From positions 130,512,001 through 130,576,000 of the forward strand of contig NW_024704742.1 of the NCBI RefSeq assembly GCF_018977255.1: a stretch of 64,000 nucleotides of DNA, written 5' to 3'. This stretch comes from Callorhinchus milii (taxonomy: Eukaryota). Below, piece after piece: positions 49,004 to 61,230 of the stretch. How positions within the stretch are numbered: position 1 is the stretch's first letter; every line of letters begins with the position of its first letter. The notes beneath the pieces are model-generated. The model ran no database searches, had not been told where the DNA came from, and saw nothing but the letters and a program-made list of their open reading frames with translations. The position numbers were made by a program, and so were the translations under genes.

Positions 49004-50409
49004 CTGAAACAAGAGATATTTTGTTATAAGGCTTCTGAACCAATAATAATAATATTATCCATCAAGTGCACAGAGATATTTTAAGAATTCTGAATTCTTG
49101 TCCTCCAGTGAGGGCCCCATGTTGCATTATGCAGGAGAGTGCAGCAATGATCATGTTACATCGCTGCCTAAATATGGCTGCCATTTTAGGGCTTAATGTA
49201 AGGGTTTCTTTATATTTATCCATCTGAACTTTAAAGCAAATCATTCCTTCCCATCTTTCATACATTGTCAAAAATGTAAAGTATATTTCCAATTCCTCTG
49301 GTTCTGCAGTGTCTGCAAAACTGACCAGCATTTGCCAGATCTTGGTATTCAATAGGGGCATAGGAATAGCCAGACATTCAGTGAAACAACCCCTTAGTGC
49401 TATAAAGTACAAAGGTAACCCCATTTTTTTAATATATAGTGCGCTGACTAACTGAAACATGTGGAAGAATGATAATAATTGTAATTATTTAGAAGTACTT
49501 CATTGTACTTAATTGCATTCAGTACATTTAAATAAAGTGTTTCACTGTATTTAGACATCCAGAGGAACGGTGTGAGCACCATAATTTTCATGGCAGATAA
49601 ATGATCCATCACCATGTTCTGTGTGACATTTTCCGTAACATAATGGGAGTGACGAGACAAAATGAATCTGACAGCTTGTTTCAGCTCCTCTCTGGTCTTG
49701 TATCGCTATTTGTAACATGGGGTAAGAGGACTTTGTGGACACCCTATACATGGTCTGTACTTACAGGCTTACAATTCTATCAATTCTTGTGTTAAAAGCA
49801 ACATAATGGAAACCTGCAGCATAATTTTTCCATTTTCCTTTTCAGATTCAAGAATGAGGGCAGCATACCTGTGTCGTGGAATCTCATCAATACGTTTAGT
49901 GCAAGTTCAATACGACTGAAGGGTAAGTAATTCTATTTTTTTCCTCTTTCTATTGCTCAATTCCCCCATTCCTTTGCTGCCAGAAATTACAATACATGTT
50001 TCACATGAAACATAGCCAAGGTCATTACACTTTTGGATGAGTAATTTTGTTTAAAAAAAATCGCTTAATCCACAGCCCAATTATTTTAATCAGTGAAAAT
50101 ACATTGCAAACTATATGTAGATGAACATTGTGGATATGCGTGGGGAATAGTTTTATCTCGCTCTGAGATGCTACCCAGCATGAAGAGGGTTATACAAATG
50201 CGATACGAATTTTCATTTATGTAGCTCCTTTCACAGCACCCGAGCTGGGGGAGGGAACTAAGGGGAACAAGAAGGGGAAAGATGACCAAAAGCATAGGCA
50301 AAGAAGTAGGTCTTGAAATGGACCTTCTAGAAAAGGAGGGAGGGATGGAGGGAGTCGAAAGGACTCTGGGATGGGTTTCCAGGGATTGGGAGCAGATAGG
50401 CTGAAAGCC

Positions 50410-50850
50410 TGACAACAACAACAACAACAAGATTCCATTTATAGAGCGCCTTTCACGTCAGGAGGACGTCCCAAGGCGCTGCACAGTTGGGTCATGACCC
50501 GAGCAGGGGGGAAATGGTCAGGGTGAGGGGAGGGAAGGGAGGGAGAGAGGAGGGGGGAAATGGTCAGGGTGAGGGGAGGGAAGGGAGGGAGCGAGGAGGA
50601 GGAAGAGAGTCGAGAGGGGAGCTGAAGGCACGGTCAAAGAGAAAGGTTTTGAGACCGGCCTTGAAGGAGGAAAGGGAGGAAGCAAGGCGAAGGCACTGGG
50701 GGATGGAGTTCCAGAGCCTGGGGGCTGAGAGGCTGAAGGCCCGACCACCGATAGTAGGGCGGTTGGGGCGGGGGACGTGGAGCAGACCGGAGCCAGAGGA
50801 ACGGAGGGTACGGGCAGGTAGGTAGGGGGATAGTAGGTTGGAGAGGTTGA
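50410..50850 (-). mobile_element. Young L2 3' fragment
   Basis: [63 protein letters not shown]; almost identical to copies at 23650, 53670, 56990 and 57615. Confidence 0.9.
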
Positions 50851-52329
50851 CCATCGTTGGTGGAGGTGGTAGAGCAGTTGACATAAAGAAGGCAAATGCA
50901 AGTCAGTGCTGTTGTTAGCCTCATTGAAAAATACACTCCTGCATGCAATATCAAAACAATTTTAATACACAGCATGGATCTGTAGTTATAATAACACTTG
51001 TATTTAACATAGTGCCTTTAACGTCAGGAGTGCCTTTCAAAACGCTTCATAGGATTTTAGTATCAAGATTGTACATTTTGTAGGAGAATGCGGCATGCAA
51101 TTTGTTCGCTGAGTCAAGCTGACACCAGTTGATTGGAGTTATTCAGCACCTTTACTGCATTTCTGAGACTAAGCACTGAAACATACCCCATCTTTTCTTT
51201 ACCTCAGCTCTCAGCACCACCTACCACACAGCATTCTAAGTTACTCTGTGCTAGAAGCAAAAGCTAGGTAAGGATCCTCACCCTAGATGTGTGGCAGCTA
51301 GTCATCTAGTGAGGTGAGATGTTATTTTATTTAAATAGTTACTTTTCTTCAAAATAAATCATTCTTACATCTGTCATTTTTAGACAAATTCTTAAGGATA
51401 AGACCAGCTGCCCTGATATACTCCTTTGGGGCACCAAAGTAAAGTATCAAAAATATTGAAATACTAGTAACAATTTATACAGAAATATCTACAGATGACA
51501 ATGTTCAACTAGGTAGGATATTTTTAAATACCCAACTGGTGTTTTTCCCTTGAAGTAAAAGAGCAAGCTAAATTTTTAGATTATCTTAGTGGTTGGTCAA
51601 TGAAACATTACAATTAACCTCAAAATGTGCATGTGTACATGCTACATGGATTATTAATAGTAATAATAATCCTTGCATTTGATATATGGCCTTATGGCAG
51701 AATATATTGTAAAGTGGACTGATTGTGTATTTTGTGGGCGAAACAGATTGGAAAAGAAAGGGAAGAAAAATAAGGCAATTATTTATATTATTTTTAATAA
51801 AAGGTTCAGGAAAGCATAATCTATTCAGAAAAGCTTCATGAAGAAAGAAGGTATGCAATGCAGAGATACTTGAAAACATGGGAGGATATTTATGTAGCAA
51901 CCTTCACATAAAATAATATCTCAGATCACTATATAGGGTTGCGGCTGGACGCCAAACTGGGTGGGGGGATTATTATTACTGTTCGTCAGTAGTCCTATTT
52001 ATTTCACTATCTTAAATGATGCAATCCATCTTGGTATAAAGGCTGAACAAAACCATTGTTTTAACATCTATTACATTCAACTCTTAAGACATTGATTAAC
52101 ATACCAGAGTTTTGAAAATCTGATCCCGATTTCCTAGAGGCCATTTAGAATCTGGAAAAAGCAGAGAAATTTTTAGGAGCCAGTACAAATATACAGAAAA
52201 CTCATACACATAATAAATTACACAAAAATACTGCATTAACTTAATTAATTGGTTAATAATCCAACAACACTCAGGCCTGCCTGCAGAATCAGAGGAGGTT
52301 CAATCACTCAGACAAAACTTGTTAGTTAG

Positions 52330-52705
52330 GCACAGCAAGTTGTCAGTCTTGCCTTTGTTTCAGAAAGTTGTGGTTCAAATCCACATCAGGATTTTGAGCT
52401 CAAAGTCTAGGTTGACATGATGGTCTCATCTTTTGGATGAGATGTTCAACCGACAACTCAGTTGCCTAGTTAGGTGGACATTAGAGAACACACAACACTA
52501 TTTGAAAAGAATATGGAGTTCTTTCCAGACTTATAGCCAACAATCCTCCAATTAAATTGGGCATTCACCTCCTGGCTTTGTGCAACCTTCCTGTACCCAA
52601 ATTGACTGCTGTTTGTTTACAAATACATAGTCACAACACTTTACAATAATTATTGCAAAATGATCTGAGATATTCCTTATAAGGTATGTCAGTGCAAGGA
52701 TTATT
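52330..52705 (+). mobile_element. Degenerate Deu-domain SINE
   Basis: Collinear with the 37435 and 46545 copies. Confidence 0.6.
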
Positions 52706-53669
52706 CTTCATTTTATGTTTTCAGCTATGAAGGATTCCTGGAAACGTCTTGTAAAGTAAGTAAAATCAAGAGCAATTTAAAAGCTCTTTTGACTCTGTCC
52801 CAACAATGGTTCCCAAGTCAGAAAATCATCCCCTTCAGTACCAGGAATTTTCCATTCTACACAACAGCTATCACAGCAGGCTGGCTGATGCTTCAATAGT
52901 TGTGCCAATTATGCAAAATGATTCAGTTTTATGTTCTGGACTTGAAGCCAAGAGGAATAGCCTTGAGGCTGCCCAAACTCATCAATCAGGAAACATGCAT
53001 CCTACAAAAGATGATCACATCTGAGACGGGCTTGAATCTAGCCCAGAATGATGAAATGTTTTTCTAACCAAACTCAGAACCCACTTCTCCTAGTTTGGAA
53101 AGCATCAAAAATAGTAGTGTTAAACAAAGTGGCTTGGAAACCAGAATAGTCACCATCAAAACCACCTTTCAACCCCTTTCAATTTGTTTTTATTGAAATT
53201 TGGTGATACTATATAAACAATACAATTTGGCATATTATATATCTAAAATTGATGTAATAATAATTGATTGAATACCGTCACTATAGTTGACTGCAATTGC
53301 AGCACTTTGACAGGTTTAAGGGCTATATCAAATGCATATGGCAAGCTTTACGGATTTAGCTGGTTAAGACTCCAGCAGTACCCCAATGCACAGCACACTT
53401 TGGGGTCCCCAAGCCTTGGCTCCCCAAGCCTTGGCTCTTGCCAACCTATGCCTAATACTTTCTGGAATTAGGTAAGCAGGATGCATCCCTCCAGGGAGAA
53501 ACTGCACATTCCATCCCAACAATCTATCTCTGGGATGTGTAGGTGGGATATATGGAATTTTCAGTTTCTTTTGGATACTCTTAAGCATGGTGAAGGGTTT
53601 CCACATGCGTCAAGACACCCGGTTGACCACCCAATAATGCATGCGCTTATAATAAATGGTTATTTACTC

Positions 53670-53910
53670 CATCCCTCAGTGCCTTCGCCTTGCTTCCTCC
53701 CTTTCCTCCTTCAAGGCCGGTCTCAAGACCTTTCTCTTTGACCGTGCCTTCAGCTCCCCTCTCGACTCTCTACCCCCTCCTCGCTCCCTCCCTTCCCTCC
53801 CCCTGACCATTTCCCTCCTGCTCGGGTCCTGACCCAACTGTCCAGCGCCTTGGGACGTCCTCCTGACGTGAAAAGCGCTCTATAAATGAAATCTTGTTAT
53901 TGTTGTTATT
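53670..53910 (+). mobile_element. Young L2 3' end
   Basis: Same subfamily as the 50410 copy, with intact stem-loop tail. Confidence 0.85.
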
Positions 53911-54699
53911 GTTCACACTCCATGATTTAGTATATTTTTTGTTCCATAAACTAGAATTAAAACATTAGAATAGTGCTAAAATGTTTCCTGAGTTAGTTTT
54001 TAAGATCAACCGCAAGTATTCTTACCCAGCAAAAAACATAGATTTTCATAATTGAATAAGATGTTGTAGAACACAATGTTACCCCTTACCACTGCTGTCT
54101 ACCTTTCATAGTTACAGGGAATATCCATAATGAACCAAAATCTTTGTGTTTGAGGCAGTTAATAGCTATTAACATAGCCAATGCTCTATGGATGGCACTA
54201 TAGGTTTAGACTGCTGGTTTTACAGTTATAATACTCATAGCATAAGAGCTGATCAGGTTTGTATTGGCAGCATCTGAGATGTTTATTCTCTAAGAATCCA
54301 AATCATTAGCATTGATATGTAGGAAGACAGAAAAGCAATGAGGCAAATAAAAAGTGGTGTACCGTTAATTTTTTTTAAACATTCAGTTGATTTTGTTAAA
54401 ATTATGCGGTTGTGGTTAAGCTGTTATTACATTTTTTTGTAAAGAAAAAGTTATTTTATCCAACGCTCACTGCTCTAAAATGAATCACTATGGAAACAGA
54501 ATGTGCTCTGGCTGGATGATGAGGTTCAGCACTCGTTGAAACTATTTTCTGAGTGCGGGAAACAGTCTTGCTCCATGTCAGGCGTGTGTCACAGTGTTTA
54601 CAATCAAAATGTTAAATACTTATATAAAAAAGAAACATTGTTTGATGGAAATTGAAGAAAAAACACACAACAAAAGGGAGAAGACGACAATCCTTCAGT

Positions 54700-56045
54700 T
54701 AAGGTACGATGATATATATTCATAGATGTTGACAGCCCAAATTGACTGTGGAAAGCCATTTGATGTAGTATAACTAGACTTTCAAAGATATTTGCCAAAG
54801 GACTACACAAAAGACGATGGCCACTGGGTCTCAAGGTCAAGACAGGACATAGATTACAAATTGGCTGAAAGGAAGAAAGCAGATGGTCTGTGTTAAGGGA
54901 GCTAGATCAAATAGGGAGAGGTAATAATAATCCTTGCATTTGATGTAGCGCTTTTCACATCGGGAGGACGTCCCAAAGCGCTTCACAGAACACACTATAA
55001 AGTGAATTGACTGTATATTTGTGGGCGAACGCAGCAGCCAATTGCGCACAGCAATGTCCCACAAACAGTCGTAGATTGAAAATGACCAATTTATTATTGT
55101 TTTTTGGTTTTGGAGGGATTATTATTAGGCTCTGTGTGGAGTAAGGAAACTTGCCCAAGGTTTCGCCCTGACTGGAATTGAACCCGGGTCTCTCGCTTGC
55201 AAAGCGAGTGCTCTAACCACTGAGCTACAGGTATTAAGCGGGGTGTCTTAGGCGGGCCTGAGACCACTCCTTTTCCTTATATATATCAGTGATCTGAATT
55301 AACTCAAAGTAAGATACTCAAATGGGGGAGGGGGAGAGGGTGGGGGCTCGCAAGAAAGAGGGTGAAACTGTGGAATCAGAGGAGGCAGCAAAGGTCCTAC
55401 AAAGAGAGCTTGATAGGGTATGCATATGGGCTGATTGCTGGCAAATTAAGCTTAATACAATAAATAATAATAATACAAACACAAGTACTCCAAGGATGGG
55501 ATAGAACTTGCCAAGCGGAAGCTGAAAGAGATCTAGGGGTGTTAGTTGACTCATTGCTCATTATGTCAAAACAGTTTGAAGCAGCAATAAACAAGACAGA
55601 CAGGATGCTGGGCTATATTGCTAAATCGAATACAGTTTTAGTCACCACGACATAAGGGGTCAGCCAAAGAAGAGTGTACATGACAGCAACAAAATAATCC
55701 CCAATATTATAGCAATGCGCAACAATTAGATAAACCTGGGCTTTTCCATCTCGAGCAAAGACGACGCAGAGGGAATCTCATAGAAGTGAACATGTGGGAT
55801 TCAAAATGTAAACCCAGATCAATAATTTAGGATGCAACACAAGATTGGAACAAGAGGACATAGGTTTACAGTTTCAAAGGGCAATTTCAGGACAGACACC
55901 AGGACGTTTTTCTTTACTCAGACGGCAATCAATAACTGGAAGGAAAGGTGATAGAGGCCAGGGCACTGGACATATTTAAATTAAAACATGGGTAGGGTGG
56001 GTGTTCTGGAAGAATGAGATGGAATGAGCCAAAGGATCTTTTTCA
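54700..56045 (+). mobile_element. Decayed CR1 fragment containing a SINE insertion
   Basis: LDFQRYL, WITNWLKGRKQMVCV, LQRELDRVCIWADCWQIKLN, TRGH and FFTQ motifs. Confidence 0.7.
54922..55231 (-). mobile_element. Full-length tRNA(Ala)-headed SINE with L2-type tail
   Basis: Head gtagctcagtggttagagca-ctcgc-tttgcaa-gcgag-agacccgggttcaattcc (TGC anticodon loop), Deu-like body, tail and (TTA)n; flanked by AGGTA at 54919 and 55229. Confidence 0.88.
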
Positions 56046-56989
56046 TACAAACCAATTTTGTAATGTTCAGCGCCTTGGGAAGTCCTCCCGACATGAAAGG
56101 TGCTATACAAATGCAATTTTGTATATAATGGCTTGAATTTGCCATGGAGTTCACCTAGTGCTGATCAAGTACCAGCTCACAACCAACTCAAGTTTCTGAT
56201 CAATCCATCTAAAATAGCGCACTGGGCACCTCCAGAAAACCTTACAAGTAAAAATCCTCAGAAAGGATTTCTGCAAAACTATTCTCTATTCATTGGATGA
56301 CAGCACCCTAGAAAAAATAACCCAATATGGTATTTTGGTCTATTCATTTTCTTCCAAACAGCTACATTTAATGATTTAACATTGGCACATACATGACACA
56401 TTGTTCATGAATGCCTTGAACAGGATGGAGATTGTAATAACATACATTTGCATGTAAAGGAACAAGTCAGGAAATTAAATGTCTTCCCCTATTTTCAGTC
56501 AGAAAAACACGAGTTTGTAAATGTGCAGTTCTTCCAATCCTAATCTGATTTGACTAATCCCTTTAGTTACGCAATGGGACCACATTTAGTAAACAGTCCA
56601 CATTCAGTAGATTGTTTACTGAAAGAATAATCACCTGAAATCTGAGTTTTTCTTCCAGGCTAACTTTCTTAATGTGACTGGATCTCAAACTCATTTTCAG
56701 TCTAGGCTGGAGCCCTCCCACCCTGCACCCCCTTTCTGTGTTTACCATAAATCCACGTCACTGCTTGATTCTGGACTTCACAATTGGGTCAGAGGAAGCC
56801 TCGCCACTGCATCCCCAGGAGCTCGAATCCATAAAGGAGGACTGTTTGCACACAGGTCTTATATGCCACAAGCTTGACCTCTATTAGGATCTGCAGTCTC
56901 TTAAAACTCTTCATAGCCTTTCAGTTTGTGAATGTTTTATATACATCGTGACATACAATACTGATGGTTAGAGAATCATAACTTACAGT

Positions 56990-58350
56990 AAACAACAACA
57001 TTTCATTTATAGAGCGCCTTTCACGTCGGGAGGACGTCCCAAGGCGCTGGACAGTTGGGCCGGGACCCGCGCAGGGGTGAAATGGTCAGGGCGAGGGGAG
57101 GGAAGGAGCGAGGAGGGGGTAGAGAGTCAAGAGGGGAGCTGAAGGCACGGTCGAAGAGAAAGGTCTTGAGACCGACCTTGAAGGAGGAAAGGGAGGAAGC
57201 GGCGAAGGCACTGGGGGATGGAGTTCCAGAGCCTCGTGGCTGAGAGGCTGAAGGCCCGGCCACCGATGGTAAGGCGGTTGGGGCGGGGGACGTGGAGCAG
57301 ACCGGAGCCAGAGGAACGGAGGGTACGGGCAGGTAAGTAGGGGGATAGTAGGTCGGAGAGGTAGGAGGGAGCAAGGCCGTGAATGGCCTTGTAGGTGAGG
57401 ATGAGGATCTTGAATTCGAAAGGGAGTCACTTGGCCAAACAAGCCTTTTACAATGTCATTCCTTCCACTGGAGCCAACTAATGTAATCCCAATTTCCAGT
57501 TTCTCCTTCCTAACCTACATATTCTCCTCTTCAAATATTTATGTAATGCCCCTATAAACATTATTAAAGTCCACACCTCAACAATAATCATTATATTTGA
57601 TATACCTTTCATATTTGACCGTGCCTTCAGCTCCCCTCTCGACTCTCTACCCCCTCCTCGCTCCCTCCCTTCCCTCCCCGCACCCTGACCATTTCCCCCC
57701 TGCTCGGGTCCTGACCCAACTGTACAGCGCCTTGGGACGTCCTCCCGACGTGAAAGGCGCTCTATAAATGGGATCTTGTTGTTGTCAAAGCACTTCACGC
57801 AGGATATACTATGTAGACTCCTCCCTCCACAGGCTGCAGATAATCCAGAACTCTGCAGCCCATGTCCTCTCCTGCACCAAACTCCATGATCCCATCTCCC
57901 CCATTCTCCCCCGACTCCATTGGCCCCTATCCTTCAGAGGATCCAGTTCAAAATCCTGGTCCTCACCTACAAACCCCTCAACAGTCTCGCCCCACCCTAT
58001 CTCTGTGACCTCCTAACCCCCTACCAACCTGTCCACTCCCTCCGCTCAGCCGGCTCCGGCCTGCTCCACATCCCCCGACTCACCCGCCCCACCATTGGCG
58101 GTAGAGCCTTCAGCCACTCTGCCCCAACCTCTGGAACTCCATTCCCCAATCACTCCTCCTCGCCCCCTCCTTAGCCTCCTTCAAGTCCCGCCTCAAAACC
58201 CTCCTCTTCAACCATGCTATTGGTCACCCCCCTTCCCCTCCTTTCTCCCCCCTGACCCCAGCTCAGGTCTGAAATGCTGTAACTGTCCAGCGTCTTGGGA
58301 CATCCTCCCGACGTGAAAGGCGATAAACAAATGTAATCTTGTTGTGTTGT
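56990..58350. mobile_element. L2 cluster: 56990-57420 (minus), 57615-57785 (plus), 57815-58350 (plus)
   Basis: L2 C-terminal peptide motifs and three stem-loop tails. Confidence 0.88.
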
Positions 58351-59704
58351 TGATGGCAACTTGTTTGATCAGCAAACCAAATACATTTTTCTTGACTGAA
58401 TATTTCTTGATATTTGGCCACACCATAAAAATCAAATGATACTGTACAACTTTATTTCGCAACGGTTCAGGTAACACTCTGTACCCTACCACTCCACTGT
58501 TGGTGGCCGAGCCTTCAGTCACTACATTATGAAAATCCCTGCTTCTTTTCGTCCATCTCATGTCCTCTTATTAAATACTACCTGCACCTACTACCCTAAC
58601 CCTATACTACCAAAGGCTCTATCCTGCTTGTTTTGTTTTCCTATCACAGTTTCTGACAGCATCAAACTACTTGGATGCACACTCCACCTCCCGGAGCCTG
58701 TGTGGTACCTCAGTGGCTTGTTTGACTCGACTGCCCTTTATATCTAACATTTGTGTTCTGACCCATTCAGCTTTCACCCACCTCCGTACACCTCTCCCCT
58801 CAGGCCGCTGAGACCCTAATTCACGCATTCATGGGCAGGGTGAAACGTTGGGCAAGTTTCCTTATTCCACACGCCTGTGTTTACCTAAAAGTAACTAAGA
58901 ACCTGGTTGTTAGTCGATTGACAGATCATTTTCCCGGGGGGAATAATTCATTGAAAAATATAATAATAAATCAAGTATATCAAATGCAAGAATTATTATA
59001 TTATATATATTCATCACATCCAGGCAAGATCACGCCAATTCTCTGCTCATCAGACTACCCCCTTCTTCAATTCATAAGCTGCCAATTATCCAAAGCTCGG
59101 CAGCTCATATCCTTTCCCGCACAAGGCTCTGTGAACTTATCACCGCCATCCTCGCTCAGATCCACTGGCTCCCCAGCTTCCAGGGGATTGAGTACAAGAT
59201 CCTCATCCTAACCTTCATATTTCTCCATGGTCTTGACCCACCCTACCACTGCGACCTCCTCAAACCCTACCAATCCAGCAGCTCCTTCCGCTCAGCAAGC
59301 ACCAGCCTCCTTCAATGTGACTACTTCACTCTCAGTAGTCAGACTTTCAGCACATCTGCCCCCACTCTCTAGAATTCCATCCCAGCATTTTCAAACGTCT
59401 TTTCCCCCCCATTCACCCTTTCGACCCCCACAACCAGCTTGGGTACAAGCCCTGGGCTTTCCAGTGCCTTGGAACATCCTCCCGACATGAAAGGTGCTAC
59501 ATAAATGTAAATTTGTATTGTATTGCTGACATTACCACTAATTCAGATGTGGTGAGAATAGCAAAACTGAACAATAGGTCATTAACATTGACTGTACATC
59601 AATAGAAAGTAACACAAGAGGAAAAAAATAATAATTTTGGCAGAAAGTGATGGAAACACAGCAAGTTATCAGTTCACATCACAGCAACAACAAAATTACA
59701 TTTA

Positions 59705-60965
59705 TGACCCCATCACTCACACCCTCGCCCGACTCCACTGGCTCCCCATCCCCCCGAAGATCGAGTTCAAGATCCTCGTCCTCACTTTTAAGGCCATCCA
59801 TGGCCTTGCCTCCTTCCACCTCTCTGACCTGCTGACTCCCTACCAACCTGTTCGCTCCCTCCGTTCATCGGGCTCCGGCCTGCTCCATGTCTCCCGCCCG
59901 ACCCACCCTACCATCGGTGGCCGGGCTTTCAGCCTTTCTGAACCCACACTCTGGAACTCCATCCAACGGTCCCTTCGCCTCGCTTCCTCCCTTGCCTCCT
60001 TCAAGGCCGGTCTCAAGACCCTTCTCTTTAATCGTGCCTTTGGTCTCCCTCCCACCTCTCTGCCTTCCCTCACCCGCACACCACCCCTCCCCCATGCTCA
60101 GGCCCCGACAACTGACTGTTCAGCGCTTTGGGACATCCTCCCGACATGAAAGGTGCTCTATAAATGTAATTTTGTTGTCGTATAGAGTCTTTCATGTCAG
60201 GAAAATCAATGTTTCGGACCCGAACTGGGGTCGGGATCGGGGAGAGCAGGCTGGGGAAGGAGGGTGACCGAAGCCACAGTCAAAGAGGAGGTTTCTTGAG
60301 ATGGGTCTTGAAGGAGGCAAGGGAGGAGGCGAGGCAAAATTACAAAATCCCAAAGGTAGGATGGAGTTTGAGAGGGTGGGAGCAGAGTGGCAGAAGGCAA
60401 CCCACCAATGATGGGGCGGGCTGGCGGGGGAACATGAAGCAGCCTGGAGCCTGCTGAGCGGAAGGAGCAGGCAGGTTGGTAGAGGGTTAGAAGGTAGCAG
60501 AGGTAGGGGGGGGACCAAGGCCATGGAGGACTTTGAAGGTGAGGACCAGGATCTTGAACTGTATCCTCTGTGTGATGGGAAGCTAGTGGAGTCGGGCAAG
60601 GAAGTGGGTGATAGGGTCACGGAGACTGGTGCGGGAGATGACACGGGCTGCAAAGTTCTGGATGATCTGCAGCTCATGGAGGGAGAAGTTTGGGAGGTTG
60701 GTAACCAGGGAGTTTGCATAGTCAAACCTGGATGTTATGAATGCGTGTATGAGGGTTTCAGCAGCCTACGGTGTGAGCCAGTGGCGGAGCCGGGTGATGT
60801 TGCCAAGGCGGGGGAAGGCAGAGCGGGTTATGGCACAGATGAGGGGTAGAAAGGATAGTTGAGAGTCATACAAGATGCCATGGTTCTGGACTGGCTCAGT
60901 AAGGCTTTGGAGTGTGTATCCTTGCATGGTGATGGTCAGCGCCTGAGGTGTGGGGGCCTGGAGGT
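59705..60965. mobile_element. Tail-to-tail L2 fragments: 59705-60180 (plus) and 60195-60965 (minus)
   Basis: LHWLPIPPKIEFKILVLTFKAIHGL on plus strand; the equivalent region on minus strand. Confidence 0.85.
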
Positions 60966-61230
60966 GAAACCGTTTGTGGAGATGAAGTGGAGACAGTGCG
61001 AACTCTTGGTCTCTCTGACTAAGTGAGAGACTGGTGTACAATTCAACCGTTCGTTAAATCTGTCCTTAGAAGGCGAGAGACTGAAACTCCAGCTCAGAGA
61101 AAAAACAGCTGTTTTAATCTGATAAGATAGTCAGACCTGTTCCTGCTACAGCGCCTTGGGACGTCCTCCCGACGTGAAAGGCGCTCTATAAATGGAATCT
61201 TGTTGTTGTTGCTTGAAGTGGGAAAGTATT

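Noticed and set aside
54515..54552. C/D box snoRNA (ATGATGA...CTGA)
   Set aside because: Boxes are too close together, there is no terminal stem, and it is antisense to the host gene.
55160..55231. Possible tRNA-Ala(TGC) gene
   Set aside because: It runs directly into a SINE body and tail, has no proper acceptor stem or T-run terminator, and has many degenerate copies; it is a SINE head.
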